A stretch of DNA of 64,000 nt from Armatimonadota bacterium (GTDB lineage: Bacteria > Vulcanimicrobiota > JACPDS01 > JBDRKI01): NCBI GenBank assembly GCA_043814095.1, contig JBDRKI010000055.1:1-64000 (forward strand), written 5' to 3'. The notes under the pieces are model-generated. The model was given only the letters and a program-made list of their open reading frames with translations, was not told the DNA's origin and ran no database searches. A program made the position numbers and the translations under genes. Shown piece by piece: positions 8,129 to 18,216 of the stretch (its first letter is position 1; every line of letters begins with the position of its first letter).

Positions 8129-9715
8129 ATGGAAAAAGGATATCTTTCATTAATACTGCACGCACACCTGCCTTTTGTAAGGCACCCCGAATATTCGGAT
8201 TCATTTGAAGAGAACCGGTTCTTTGAATCAATAACCGAGACTTACCTGCCGCTCTTAAGGGCTTATGAAAAGCTTGCCGAAGAAGGCGTGGATTTTAAAT
8301 TAACAATGACCATATCTCCCCCGCTTATGGAGATGATGGCGGATAGTCTTCTTCTTGAAAGATATACCCATCATCTTGAACTTCTGATAGAACTGGCGGA
8401 AAAAGAAACATTAAGATTAAAAAATGACGAAACCTTCAGGCCCCTGGCCCGGATATATCTGGAAGAATTCAAAGAACTCCATGATCTTTTCGTGAATAAA
8501 TACCATAAAAAATTGATAAACGCTTTTAAAAAGTTCCAGGACCGCGGGAATCTGGAGATAATAACCTGCGGAGCCACGCACGGTTTTCTTCCTTTATTAA
8601 GCGTAAACCCGCAGGCGGTAAGGGCCCAGGTTAAAATAGGCGCGGATAATTACAGAAAACACATGGGAAGGTCGCCCCGTGGAATATGGCTTCCCGAATG
8701 CGGGTATTATCCGGGACTGGAGCAGTACCTCAAGGAAGAAGGCATAAGATTCTTTATAACGGATACCCACGGCGTGCTTTACGCGAAACCAAGACCTAAA
8801 TACGGGGTTTACGCCCCTATTTATACCAAAGCGGGAGTTGCGGCTTTCGGCAGAGACGTAGAATCATCAAAACAGGTCTGGTCTGCTGAAGAAGGATATC
8901 CCGGAGATTATGATTACAGGGATTTCTATAAAGATATCGGATTTGACCTAGATCTGGATTACATAAAACCCTATATACACGAAAGCGGGGAGAGGGTTTT
9001 TACCGGCATAAAATACCATAAAATAACAGATAAAAAATCAAAATACAAACAACCCTATAATTTTCACGCGGCAAGAGAAAAAGCCGCCTCGCACGCCGGA
9101 AATTTCATGTTTAACCGAGAAAAACAGGTTGAACACCTCTACGGACTTATGAAAAGAAAACCGATTATAATAGCTCCTTATGACGCGGAGCTTTACGGTC
9201 ACTGGTGGTATGAAGGCCCGCAGTGGATATACTATCTCTGCAAAAAGATGCATCACGACCAGAACACGGTTAAACTAACGACACCCTTTGAATACCTTGA
9301 GAAAGAACCTAAAAACCAGGTATGCGAGCCTAATTTAAGTTCATGGGGACATAAAGGATATTGTGATGTATGGCTAGAAGGAAGCAACGACTGGATATAC
9401 AGGCACCTGCATAAAGCCGCGGAAAGAATGGTTGAGATGGCAAACGTTCACAAGACAACCAATGACGAGATAATAAAAAGAACACTGAACCAGGCGGCAA
9501 GGGAACTCCTGCTCGCGCAGAGCAGTGACTGGGCTTTTATAATGAAAACAGGCACAGTTGTTGAATACGCGCACAGAAGAACAAAAGAACATATAAATAA
9601 TTTTACAAAGCTTTATAACGGGGTAACGCAGAATAATATAAATACATATTATTTAAAAGAACTTGAACATAAAAATAATATCTTTAACGAAATTGATTTT
9701 AAGGTATACGCCTAA
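8129..9715 (+). CDS. GH57 family 1,4-alpha-glucan branching enzyme (DUF1957)
   Basis: HAHLPFV, ETYLPL, WLPECGY, DAELYGHWWYEG, AQSSDWAF motifs. Confidence 0.92.
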   Translation: MEKGYLSLILHAHLPFVRHPEYSDSFEENRFFESITETYLPLLRAYEKLAEEGVDFKLTMTISPPLMEMMADSLLLERYTHHLELLIELAEKETLRLKNDETFRPLARIYLEEFKELHDLFVNKYHKKLINAFKKFQDRGNLEIITCGATHGFLPLLSVNPQAVRAQVKIGADNYRKHMGRSPRGIWLPECGYYPGLEQYLKEEGIRFFITDTHGVLYAKPRPKYGVYAPIYTKAGVAAFGRDVESSKQVWSAEEGYPGDYDYRDFYKDIGFDLDLDYIKPYIHESGERVFTGIKYHKITDKKSKYKQPYNFHAAREKAASHAGNFMFNREKQVEHLYGLMKRKPIIIAPYDAELYGHWWYEGPQWIYYLCKKMHHDQNTVKLTTPFEYLEKEPKNQVCEPNLSSWGHKGYCDVWLEGSNDWIYRHLHKAAERMVEMANVHKTTNDEIIKRTLNQAARELLLAQSSDWAFIMKTGTVVEYAHRRTKEHINNFTKLYNGVTQNNINTYYLKELEHKNNIFNEIDFKVYA

Positions 9716-9745
9716 AATCAGCAAATTTTTTCAGGAGGTGAAAAA

Positions 9746-10120
9746 ATGGCCGATGCAACGACAAAACAAGAACTTATATCCGATCTGCAGAAGCTTAAGG
9801 AAGTATCCGCTAAAAACGAAACCCTGACCCAGGAACTGGCAGAAGGCAAAGGAGATACCCAGAAACTCCAGGGCCAGGTCCAGGAATGCATAGATGAACA
9901 ATCACGCATAGTGGATAAATTCGTGTCTTTATCCGATAATAAAGAACTGGTTGAGAACTTCCAGTCCATAGTAAAGGGCATTGAGGAATATACCGGACAG
10001 CTGGAAAAAGAAACAGACCAGGCAAAAGCACAGGAAATCAAAGACAACATAATGAAAAAGATTGAAGAATGGGTAAAATGCCTTGAAAAAATCATATCTG
10101 AAGTTATAGCAAAATTCTAA
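9746..10120 (+). CDS. Hypothetical coiled-coil protein
   Basis: RBS GGAGGTG; helical charged composition. Confidence 0.7.
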   Translation: MADATTKQELISDLQKLKEVSAKNETLTQELAEGKGDTQKLQGQVQECIDEQSRIVDKFVSLSDNKELVENFQSIVKGIEEYTGQLEKETDQAKAQEIKDNIMKKIEEWVKCLEKIISEVIAKF

Positions 10121-10144
10121 TACAGTTATAATAAATAATTTCAC

Positions 10145-10178
10145 AAAAAAAGACTGTTCAAAACGAACAGTCTTTTTT
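10145..10178 (-). terminator. Bidirectional terminator of cassette 2
   Basis: aaaaaagactgttc-aaaac-gaacagtctttttt. Confidence 0.8.
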
Positions 10179-10200
10179 AACACTAACCTAAAATATCTGT

Positions 10201-10674
10201 TTATTCATCTGTTAAAGTCCAAGTTATAATTCTTGAACCGTCAGCAGGAAGACCGGCTGCTACGTCAGCATCTAAGGTTATTGCATAAGAAATATTTGAC
10301 TGTGCTACAGTTTCAAGGCTAGTTATCAGACTTTGTGCTGTAGTAGTCAATGTTTTTGAGCCCATAGGTTGGCCGCCGGTGGGAATACTTGTAGATACTT
10401 CTAGAAAAGTGGAACTTGGCATGGCCGCATTGATTTGTACAGTTAGCTTTTTAGCAGTTTCATTAGTTGTAATTGACCAATATTGATCCGAATTATCTCT
10501 ATTTGGTTCGGAACCTGCGCCTGCGTTGTCAATTGTAAGAGTGGCATCTACTCCAAAACTAATTTCATTAATCGCATCAATCTCAAAATATACAGTCTGC
10601 GTATCTGTTGATGCCGCGAATGCCGCTCCTGCTAGAAATGCTATGGCTACAAGTACTATAAGTAGTTTTTTCAC
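10201..10674 (-). CDS. Secreted pilin-like protein, cassette paralog 2
   Basis: Same signal peptide and conserved blocks as 322-807; RBS AAGGAGGT, GTG start. Confidence 0.8.
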   Translation of the reverse strand: MKKLLIVLVAIAFLAGAAFAASTDTQTVYFEIDAINEISFGVDATLTIDNAGAGSEPNRDNSDQYWSITTNETAKKLTVQINAAMPSSTFLEVSTSIPTGGQPMGSKTLTTTAQSLITSLETVAQSNISYAITLDADVAAGLPADGSRIITWTLTDE

Positions 10675-10765
10675 TTATGCTTACCTCCTTTCTTTTAGTT
10701 TTATTTAATAGCTTTTTACCATAAAATACCAGTTATAAGAAACCTTGTTTCCTCTTCCCATCTAT

Positions 10766-10847
10766 ATTATACCCCCCCCCCCCGCATACGGTTATAGGTC
10801 CAGTGGGGTAATTTTTAGTGGAAAATGGTACCAAAAGGAGTATTTTT
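10766..10847 (-). promoter_or_regulatory. Conserved cassette promoter, copy 2, with G12 tract (C12 at 10772-10783)
   Basis: Reverse complement reads aaaaatactccttttggtacc...tggacctataaccgtatgc-G12-tataat. Confidence 0.85.
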
Positions 10848-10866
10848 GGTGTTTTTAAAGATAAAA

Positions 10867-10907
10867 TAATAAGCCCTTAAATTATTACGGAATTTAAGGG
10901 CTTATTA
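10867..10907 (-). terminator. Hairpin terminator after the TPR gene
   Basis: taataagcccttaaatt-attacgg-aatttaagggcttatta. Confidence 0.7.
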
Positions 10908-10927
10908 TTACTATATATTCCTTAAAT

Positions 10928-11659
10928 CTAATTCTTCTTTATCTTACCTTCTTTTATCTGCTTTTTTATCTGTTCAAACAGCATCTGGGCTCTTGTATCG
11001 TTTGTCAGTTTTGCGACCTCTATCCCGTCATCCAAGGCCTTAAGAGCTGAAGCCCTGTCACCTTTAAGTTCATAGATGCATGCTAAAATCTCATATGTAT
11101 TTAAATTGCCGGGGTCTATTTTTATGGCTTTCTTCGCGCAGTATATGGACTCCGTATAATTCTGCTTCTCCAGATACAATCTGCATAATCCTAAATAATA
11201 AGAGCTGTTATCCGGATCTTTTTTTAAAGCATCTTCCCATAGTTTTTGGGCTTCATCATATTTTTTCAGGTCCAGATATACCAGCCCTAAATTTTTCACC
11301 GCGAAACTGTACCCGGGGTCTGCTTTTAAACAACGCTGGTAGTATTCAGCCGCTTCAGGATATTTTTTGGCCTGCTGGTAATAATAGGCAAGATTGCTTA
11401 AGCTTACCGGGTCTTCGGGATTTTCCGAAACTTTCCCCATCCAGTAATCTATATTTCCCTGGTTCAGGTCAACTTTCTGCTCATGGGGGGATGCTTCTTC
11501 TTCCCCGCCGGTCATGGCATTACTCTTAACCAGTATTGCAACACAGGATATGGAAAACAATATAACTATAGACCAGGCGACTATTATCCAGAAAGAACCT
11601 GGTTTTTTACCTGCTTTAAAAGTTATCTCTTTTTTCTTTTTTACGCTTTTAGGATCCAT
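10928..11659 (-). CDS. Membrane-anchored TPR protein
   Basis: One N-terminal TM helix followed by several TPR repeats (NLAYYY...EAAEYY, NLGLVY). Confidence 0.85.
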   Translation of the reverse strand: MDPKSVKKKKEITFKAGKKPGSFWIIVAWSIVILFSISCVAILVKSNAMTGGEEEASPHEQKVDLNQGNIDYWMGKVSENPEDPVSLSNLAYYYQQAKKYPEAAEYYQRCLKADPGYSFAVKNLGLVYLDLKKYDEAQKLWEDALKKDPDNSSYYLGLCRLYLEKQNYTESIYCAKKAIKIDPGNLNTYEILACIYELKGDRASALKALDDGIEVAKLTNDTRAQMLFEQIKKQIKEGKIKKN

Positions 11660-11838
11660 AATAAAACACCTCATAAATATTGCTTGCATTATATTTATTT
11701 ATCGGTCTTTGTTTTTCCTCTTTATCCTTAAAAAATAAATAATGAATAAATAAGAAAGAAATAAAGAAAAGAAAGATATACAATAAAAACCGCCCCTTTA
11801 ATAGGACGGTTTTTATTTCCTTTTATATATATCAAATA

Positions 11839-12153
11839 TTATTCTATGGTTTCCTTTAACTGATTATATAATATATTGGCCAGGCCTATACCTGAAGACT
11901 GGGCCATGGCTTTGGCGTATTCATCATTCATCAGCCCTTCAACCATCTCTTCGCCTTTGCCTTTACCTAAAAAATCCGATTTAGGTATGGATTTGCGCAT
12001 CTGGGTTACAAGCTGGGATATGAACATAGATTCAAAACCGGCGCATGCTTCCCTGAACTCTTTTAATTTAGCTTCTTTTTCAATGCTTTTTTGAGCCTGC
12101 TCTGCAACCGCGTCTTTTACCGTATCTCTTATTTTGTCATGATTAATTTCCAT
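11839..12153 (-). CDS. flgJ: Flagellar rod-binding protein (short FlgJ type)
   Basis: FESMFISQLVTQMRKS...GIGLANILYNQL motif. Confidence 0.8.
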   Translation of the reverse strand: MEINHDKIRDTVKDAVAEQAQKSIEKEAKLKEFREACAGFESMFISQLVTQMRKSIPKSDFLGKGKGEEMVEGLMNDEYAKAMAQSSGIGLANILYNQLKETIE

Positions 12154-12162
12154 AAATCCCCC

Positions 12163-12942
12163 TTACGCTCTTTTTATCTGGTTTGCCATTTTCATCATCT
12201 CATCGGCAACCTGTGCAACTTTCTGGTTCATCTGAAACATCTGCTGGGCTGCCATTATATCCATCATTCCTTCAATAACATTAACATTTGAACTTTCTAA
12301 ATAACCTGTCGCGAGAGTGGGAAGCCCGTCTTCACCGGGGTTTGATTCTTTGGTTTCCCCGGCACTGCCGCTTAAAACATATAAGTCGGTTCCTATGGCT
12401 TTTAAAGAATCCGAAGGATTCAAAAACTTGGCAAGCTTAAGCTGTCCGAGCTCAACTTCTTTGCCTTCTTTAATGGAAGTACCCGTTACCTTGCCGTCGG
12501 CTTTAATTTCTATATCAGTAACATCGGTACTGAATTCTATGCCTGTTTCTATACCGCCTCTTGTAACTAATTTATTTTTCTTTTTTATTTCATCATACAT
12601 TAATGTAAACGCGCCGACCCTTATAAAAGCGCTGGTATTGTCTTCAAGCTTAACGACAAAGAACGCTCTGGGATCGGAGAGATATGCGTGGAGTTTCCCG
12701 TTTGTAAGCTGGGGTTTGCCTGCCGCGAAAGAAGTCTGTACGCTGTCAGCTCTTACGCCGAGCCCTACCTGTGCAAAACCTTTTGACGCGTAAACAAGGT
12801 CGGAAAAATTAACATTAGTAGCTTTGTATCCCTGGGATCCGACATTTGCCAGATTCCTGGATACATTATCAATATTAAGCTTCTGGGCCATCATACCCGA
12901 TGCCGCAGTGTAAAGTGATCTCATCATAAAGCTACCCTCCAA
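12163..12942 (-). CDS. flgG: Flagellar basal-body rod protein FlgG-like
   Basis: SLYTAASGM, NLAN, GYLESSNVN motifs. Confidence 0.8.
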   Translation of the reverse strand: MEGSFMMRSLYTAASGMMAQKLNIDNVSRNLANVGSQGYKATNVNFSDLVYASKGFAQVGLGVRADSVQTSFAAGKPQLTNGKLHAYLSDPRAFFVVKLEDNTSAFIRVGAFTLMYDEIKKKNKLVTRGGIETGIEFSTDVTDIEIKADGKVTGTSIKEGKEVELGQLKLAKFLNPSDSLKAIGTDLYVLSGSAGETKESNPGEDGLPTLATGYLESSNVNVIEGMMDIMAAQQMFQMNQKVAQVADEMMKMANQIKRA

Positions 12943-12963
12943 ATAATCTTAAGGTCTTTTACC

Positions 12964-13719
12964 TTAACCTCTTATCCTGCTTATATCAATTGATTTCTGC
13001 AGGTTCTGGTCAGCAGTCTGTAATATCTTCTGATTGGCTTCATAGCTTCTCATAATATTCATCATTTCTACCATTTCTTTCAACACATTAACATTTGCCG
13101 ATTCAATATAGCCCTGCGCTATGTTGTATTTGCTCGCAACATGCGCCCCTGCTTTCTCGTAAGCCTGGAAATTATTGTTTCCCGCTTTTTTAAGATATCT
13201 GGCGTCTTTAAAAGATGTTATAAGGAGGCTGTCAACTTCTTTGCCGTCAACAACAATCTTGCCTTCTTTGGTTACTTTAAAATCGGGACTGGTCGCTCTG
13301 ATCGCGCCGTTCTGACCCATGACTTTTATGCCTTCTTTTGTGGTAAGGTAACCGTCAGAATCAAATTTAAAGTCGCCGCTTCTTGTGAAAAGAACGCCGT
13401 CTTCTGCCTGCAGGGTGAAGAAATTCTTGCCGTCTGAATCCACAATGGAAAGGTTGGCTATATTATCAGTCTTCTTCAAACTGCCGGGCTTAAAGTTTAC
13501 CATTGTGCCGTAAGAAAGCTCTTCTCCCAGCTTCTCCGCGCCGCCGACGGGCATAAAGCCCTCATTTGCCATGGCGCTGTTGTATATGGCCGAGAAAACA
13601 ATGCCTTCGTCTTTTTTAAATCCCGCCGTATTGGCATTAGCGATATTATTGGCAACAACTTCCAAGTTTGCCTGCAGGCCAAGCATGGCTTCCGAACATT
13701 TTTTTACTCCGTCTAACAT
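12964..13719 (-). CDS. flgF: Flagellar basal-body rod protein (FlgF/FlgG family)
   Basis: ANNIANANTAGFK, TRSGDF, QGYIESANVN motifs. Confidence 0.75.
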   Translation of the reverse strand: MLDGVKKCSEAMLGLQANLEVVANNIANANTAGFKKDEGIVFSAIYNSAMANEGFMPVGGAEKLGEELSYGTMVNFKPGSLKKTDNIANLSIVDSDGKNFFTLQAEDGVLFTRSGDFKFDSDGYLTTKEGIKVMGQNGAIRATSPDFKVTKEGKIVVDGKEVDSLLITSFKDARYLKKAGNNNFQAYEKAGAHVASKYNIAQGYIESANVNVLKEMVEMMNIMRSYEANQKILQTADQNLQKSIDISRIRG

Positions 13720-13746
13720 ATTTACCTCCCTGATTTGGTTTTAAAC

Positions 13747-14037
13747 CTATTTATTTTTCTCTTCCTCGTTTATTTTATACACGAAGGAGAGTATTTCCGA
13801 TACTACCGCGTATGTCTGGTCCGGTATGAATCCCGTTATCTCCCACTTTATAATCTCTTTATCCGAACCTTCTTCTATATCTATATCATTCTTTTTCGCT
13901 ATATCTATTATCCTGCGCGCAATACTACCGTAGCCTGTTGCTATTACCCTGGGCACATTATCTGTACCCTTTAAATTCTTCTGGATGGCGACGGCTTTTA
14001 AAAACTTATTCTCTATATTTTTATCATTTTGTTCCAT
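13747..14037 (-). CDS. FlhB C-terminal-like (EscU/YscU/HrcU family) protein
   Basis: KAVA...PRVIATGYG.IA..II, IP..TY.VVSEILSFVY. Confidence 0.75.
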   Translation of the reverse strand: MEQNDKNIENKFLKAVAIQKNLKGTDNVPRVIATGYGSIARRIIDIAKKNDIDIEEGSDKEIIKWEITGFIPDQTYAVVSEILSFVYKINEEEKNK

Positions 14038-14040
14038 ATA

Positions 14041-15531
14041 TCAGGCTGTATTAGCCAGTACCTCTATATTGTCAAAATTAAAATCGCTTAAAAACAACGC
14101 TTTCTCTTCTTCTATTGTATCACATTTTATATATTTAATCTGGTAAAGCTGTGCGAGTATGGCTCTTTTAAAGCTTACAATATTTTTCTCCACAAGTTCT
14201 TTTACCTTTTCGCTCTCTACATAAATATTACCTTGTACCGCATTGTTTACTATGTTCAGTATAAACTGGAGGAACCCCAGCCGTTTTGTTTCTATCCTGA
14301 GATCTATCGCCACATTTTCGGGATCTATATTTCTCGCGTACGGCTGGAATGTAAGTATCAGTTTACCGTTTGCAAATTCCTTATTCATCATTTTTACCGG
14401 TATGTCTATGCAGCAGAATCCGGGAGCGCCTTCTGTTGTTCTGGCTAAGCCTGTATCATTAATAAGGCGGGCGCCTGAAACATTCTGCGACAGCTGGCCG
14501 GCAAGATCAACAACCTTTAAAAGCAGGGCCTTTTCCGCGGCGGAAACAGCTGACTGGTCCGTTAAGGACGAAAGCGCGCTTGCAAGCTTGCCGAAATCAA
14601 TCTGCCTTGATATCGCTTCTGTGTTCTGCGTACCACGCTCCAGATTTATCTGCCTCATTGCCGCCTGGGATATATCTTTCTCTACCCCGTATGACTGAGC
14701 CAGCTTAAACAAGGCAACCTTCATCTCCTGGACCGACTGTACGCCGGGCTGTGAAACCAGCCTCCCCATCACGGTAGATAGTTTTGAAAATACTGTAGCG
14801 AAACGCGCATTCTGAGTTATTCTGGCAACCTGTGCCGCTGTCTGCTGTATGTCAATGATCTTATTAGAAACCTGCTTATTTTCTTTTACATAACTTGAAA
14901 GATCCGTTATGTTTTCTTTACTTAACGGCTTATTATTTTTTTCAAGGTAACACGCCGACTGCTGTTCTTCCTTGCCCTGGTTCGCTACCTGTGCCAGTGC
15001 GGAATTTACTCTCTGCACCCTCTGCATAACCAGCTGGCCGCCCAAACTCATCAATGTCTTTGCCACAATCCTGTTCTGCGGCGTATCCGGTATATTATAT
15101 TTTGCAAGGAATTTTGAAACTTCCTGGTCAAACCTCTGGGCAAACTCTTCAGGCGTTGAAGGCGGCTTAACAATCTGCGGGACCTGAGGCGCTTGAGGCG
15201 CCGGAGGCTTTGCCACAGGTGCCGCTCCCGGTTTTCCCTGAGGAGCTGCACCAGCCGTAGGTTTTGCCGGAGCATCGGCATTCATTTTGCGCTGGATTTT
15301 TTCACCTGTTTTATCGCCTTCAAGACTGCCGGGCTCTCTCTCCATGGCCTGCTTTACAAATTCGGGAAGATCCTCTTTTTTGCCGGGTTTCTGAGCTTGC
15401 TCGGTATTAACCATATCAGGCAGCTGTTTCATGAGTTTATTATAGCCCTCACTCAGTTCCTGGCCTTTAGTATTCATATAATTAAATATATTACCGGCAT
15501 TGAAATCCATAATGACAGTCCCCTTCTTCAA
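14041..15531 (-). CDS. Putative flagellar hook-length control protein (FliK-like)
   Basis: Pro/Gln-rich region and C-terminal ETKRLG-type domain; adjacent to the FlhB-like gene. Confidence 0.55.
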   Translation of the reverse strand: MKKGTVIMDFNAGNIFNYMNTKGQELSEGYNKLMKQLPDMVNTEQAQKPGKKEDLPEFVKQAMEREPGSLEGDKTGEKIQRKMNADAPAKPTAGAAPQGKPGAAPVAKPPAPQAPQVPQIVKPPSTPEEFAQRFDQEVSKFLAKYNIPDTPQNRIVAKTLMSLGGQLVMQRVQRVNSALAQVANQGKEEQQSACYLEKNNKPLSKENITDLSSYVKENKQVSNKIIDIQQTAAQVARITQNARFATVFSKLSTVMGRLVSQPGVQSVQEMKVALFKLAQSYGVEKDISQAAMRQINLERGTQNTEAISRQIDFGKLASALSSLTDQSAVSAAEKALLLKVVDLAGQLSQNVSGARLINDTGLARTTEGAPGFCCIDIPVKMMNKEFANGKLILTFQPYARNIDPENVAIDLRIETKRLGFLQFILNIVNNAVQGNIYVESEKVKELVEKNIVSFKRAILAQLYQIKYIKCDTIEEEKALFLSDFNFDNIEVLANTA

Positions 15532-15684
15532 TTAAATTATACAGTATTTTAATCTTTATTATATTAACAAAATGTTACAAAAATGTTAACAATTTGTTAA
15601 CATTTTAAACTTTTTATATTTACCAAAAATCACTATTTTTAATGGTTTTTTAAAAAATTTTAAGAAAAAAAGAGCCGAAAATGG

Positions 15685-16128
15685 TTAAAAAGGAGTATTT
15701 TTTCTCCTTGAAGCGGCAAAAACCCATAATTTATTTGCTATGAAGTTAATTACTGAAAATATTATTATAGCTATAATAAGGGCTATATTATAATTAATAT
15801 GCCAGATCTCTACCATGCCTCTAACGGCAAGGAGTGTTAAAATACCATAAAAAATATTTACCACAAAAATTTTGACATATCTCTGGAACGGCTTATCGGT
15901 TACTTTAAAAGTAATAAAGCGGTGAAAGAAAAAGTTAAATGTGATATTACCTACACCGCCTATTGCGACACTGTACAAGTAATATATTTTTAATTTCTCG
16001 GTTAAAGTATATGAAGTTAAAATATTAACAAGCGCGCCGCCTGCACCACCGATCATAAATATTATATATTTCAAAAGAACCGGATACTTATTGAAAAATT
16101 CTGGGATAGTTTTTTTAAAAAAAATCAT
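15685..16128 (-). CDS. GtrA family membrane protein
   Basis: Four TM helices, NFFFHRFITF and NFIANKLWVF motifs. Confidence 0.85.
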   Translation of the reverse strand: MIFFKKTIPEFFNKYPVLLKYIIFMIGGAGGALVNILTSYTLTEKLKIYYLYSVAIGGVGNITFNFFFHRFITFKVTDKPFQRYVKIFVVNIFYGILTLLAVRGMVEIWHINYNIALIIAIIIFSVINFIANKLWVFAASRRKNTPF

Positions 16129-17519
16129 TTAATAAAATACCTCGACGCAGCTCTTACTAATTTCGGAATCTTCAGCCAGTTGGCTGGTGTAAGGATTTCT
16201 TTAACCACTCTTTGAGGCCGCAGGTAAAAACTGCGGTAAGCCTTATGCCACATCTTAACCATAAGCTCGGGAGTAAGCTCCCCCGCAGAGAAAAGCGCGT
16301 GCCCTTCCAGCAGGCCGTAATCATTCCAATCCGTTGTTAAAAATTTTCCGTTCTCGCTTATGTATTTGTATAATCCCGTGGAAGGAAAAGGTGTTGCAAT
16401 AGTAAAATGCGCGATCTGCGGGTTTATTTTTACGGCAAACTTAATTGTTTTTTCCATGGTTTCTTTATTCTCGTAAGGATTGCCGAACATGAAAAATCCG
16501 GATGTCATAAGTTTATGTTTTTTGGCAAGACGGAACGCATATTGAATCTGTTCCTCGGTAAAAGGCTTGCCTATGACTTTTCTTATTTGGATATCGCCGC
16601 TCTCAACGCCGAAAGCAACACGCTTGCAACCTGATTCTTTCATAAGGGCCATTAATTCATCATCAACTATGTCAAGACGCATGCCGTTATTTATAATCCA
16701 CGGAACGCGGTTAAGTTTTTTCTCTATAAGGAGCCGGCATATCTGCTTTGCCCTGTCCAGCTTTAAGTTAAATACATCATCCTGGACACCTATCTCCGTG
16801 GCTCCCATCTCGTTAACTAAAAAATCCCATTCGGCAACAACATTTTCAGCGGATCTGGGGCGCCAGGTCTGGCCGTATACGCCTTTAAAACAGTAGACAC
16901 AGTTGTACGGACACCCGCGTGAAGTAGTTATATAGAAAGCGCGGGACTCTTTTGTCTGGCGGTCTATTAACGGCTGAGTAATTGAGTAGCGTGACGTGTT
17001 AAATAAATGAAAGGCCGGAAGAGGTATATTATCAACATCTTTAATTAAGGGACGCGGATCATTATGGACAACCTGTCCGTTCCCGTCTTTATATGATATG
17101 CCTAAAACATTACTCCAGTTTTCCCTGGGAGCAAAATTCCTGCAGAAGTCTAGAACCGTCTCTTCCCCTTCTCCTCTTGCAACAAGGTCTACCTCCGGGA
17201 CAGCTAATGATTCTTCGGGAAGCGCTGTTACATGAACCCCGCCTATCATTACAACCGTTGACGGGCTTATCTTTTTAATCTTCCCCGCGACTTCCCAGGA
17301 AGTTTTAATCTGGGGAGTGGTTGATGAAATACCGGCAAGCTCGGGCTTAAAACTCTTTAAAACTTCTTCAAGCACTTCCGGCTCTTCCGCCATTAAATCA
17401 AGTATTTTTACGTCTATCCCCTCTTTTAAAAGAGTACTTGCTATATAGCCTATCCCAAGAGGCATCTGGGTCGGCGTATTCCATATTTTATATCTAGGGA
17501 AAATAAGCAGAACTTTCAT
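16125..17519 (-). CDS. B12-binding radical SAM protein
   Basis: PLGIGYIA, GGVH, TSRGCPYNCVYC. Confidence 0.9.
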   Translation of the reverse strand: MKVLLIFPRYKIWNTPTQMPLGIGYIASTLLKEGIDVKILDLMAEEPEVLEEVLKSFKPELAGISSTTPQIKTSWEVAGKIKKISPSTVVMIGGVHVTALPEESLAVPEVDLVARGEGEETVLDFCRNFAPRENWSNVLGISYKDGNGQVVHNDPRPLIKDVDNIPLPAFHLFNTSRYSITQPLIDRQTKESRAFYITTSRGCPYNCVYCFKGVYGQTWRPRSAENVVAEWDFLVNEMGATEIGVQDDVFNLKLDRAKQICRLLIEKKLNRVPWIINNGMRLDIVDDELMALMKESGCKRVAFGVESGDIQIRKVIGKPFTEEQIQYAFRLAKKHKLMTSGFFMFGNPYENKETMEKTIKFAVKINPQIAHFTIATPFPSTGLYKYISENGKFLTTDWNDYGLLEGHALFSAGELTPELMVKMWHKAYRSFYLRPQRVVKEILTPANWLKIPKLVRAASRYFIK

Positions 17520-18214
17520 TATTTTTTCTCCAGTAAAATATAGTGTGAATGGGAAAGTAAAAATCTGACAAAATAGGGAGCGTTCTTTTCTATAAAGCTT
17601 ACCTTTATCTTATCTTCAATCTCCCCCTCAGAAGGAATGCCGGAGTTTTTTTTGCCGAAAACCTTATCCTTAACAACCGCCCATGATTCGTATATATCAA
17701 GAACAAACCACGGCAGATCCAGCGCTCCCGTCTCCAGAACTTTTAATTTCTTTTTAAAATTCTTCTTTATGCATTTTTTTACCGTAATAGAGCTCATCTT
17801 GGGGATAATGCCGTGATCCCATTTATACCTTCCAAGGGCATGCCAGAGTCTGTGCATAACTATGCCGGGGTTAAAATAATTCTGTGTAACTATCAGTATC
17901 TTACTTTTGGATAACTCCATGCATTCATTTAAAAAACCTATAGAACTTTTATAATTCTCAAACTCGCAGAAACTCCATACCAGATCAAATTTATCATAAG
18001 GAAGCTCCCCTCTTAAAGAGAAATCATATAAAGAAAAAACCTGCTTGCCGTTGAAATTTTCAAAAAGCTCTTTGGTATCGCCCATCAGCTTATTCGCGGG
18101 AAACTCAAGTATGGTATGTATATCATCGCTTCTTGCAAGCATATCGCATAAATATCTTTTCAAAACAAGCTTTTCGTAATTTGTGCCGTAACCTAAATCA
18201 TGTTCGTACTTCAT
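17519..18214 (-). CDS. Hypothetical protein, possibly degenerate methyltransferase fold
   Basis: In operon; FDLVWS motif. Confidence 0.55.
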   Translation of the reverse strand: MKYEHDLGYGTNYEKLVLKRYLCDMLARSDDIHTILEFPANKLMGDTKELFENFNGKQVFSLYDFSLRGELPYDKFDLVWSFCEFENYKSSIGFLNECMELSKSKILIVTQNYFNPGIVMHRLWHALGRYKWDHGIIPKMSSITVKKCIKKNFKKKLKVLETGALDLPWFVLDIYESWAVVKDKVFGKKNSGIPSEGEIEDKIKVSFIEKNAPYFVRFLLSHSHYILLEKK

Positions 18215-18216
18215 TT

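Noticed and set aside
11698-11724. Sigma-28-like promoter (TAAA-N14-ACCGATAA, minus strand) before the TPR gene
   Set aside because: Spacing is one base short and the region is very AT-rich; plausible but not supportable
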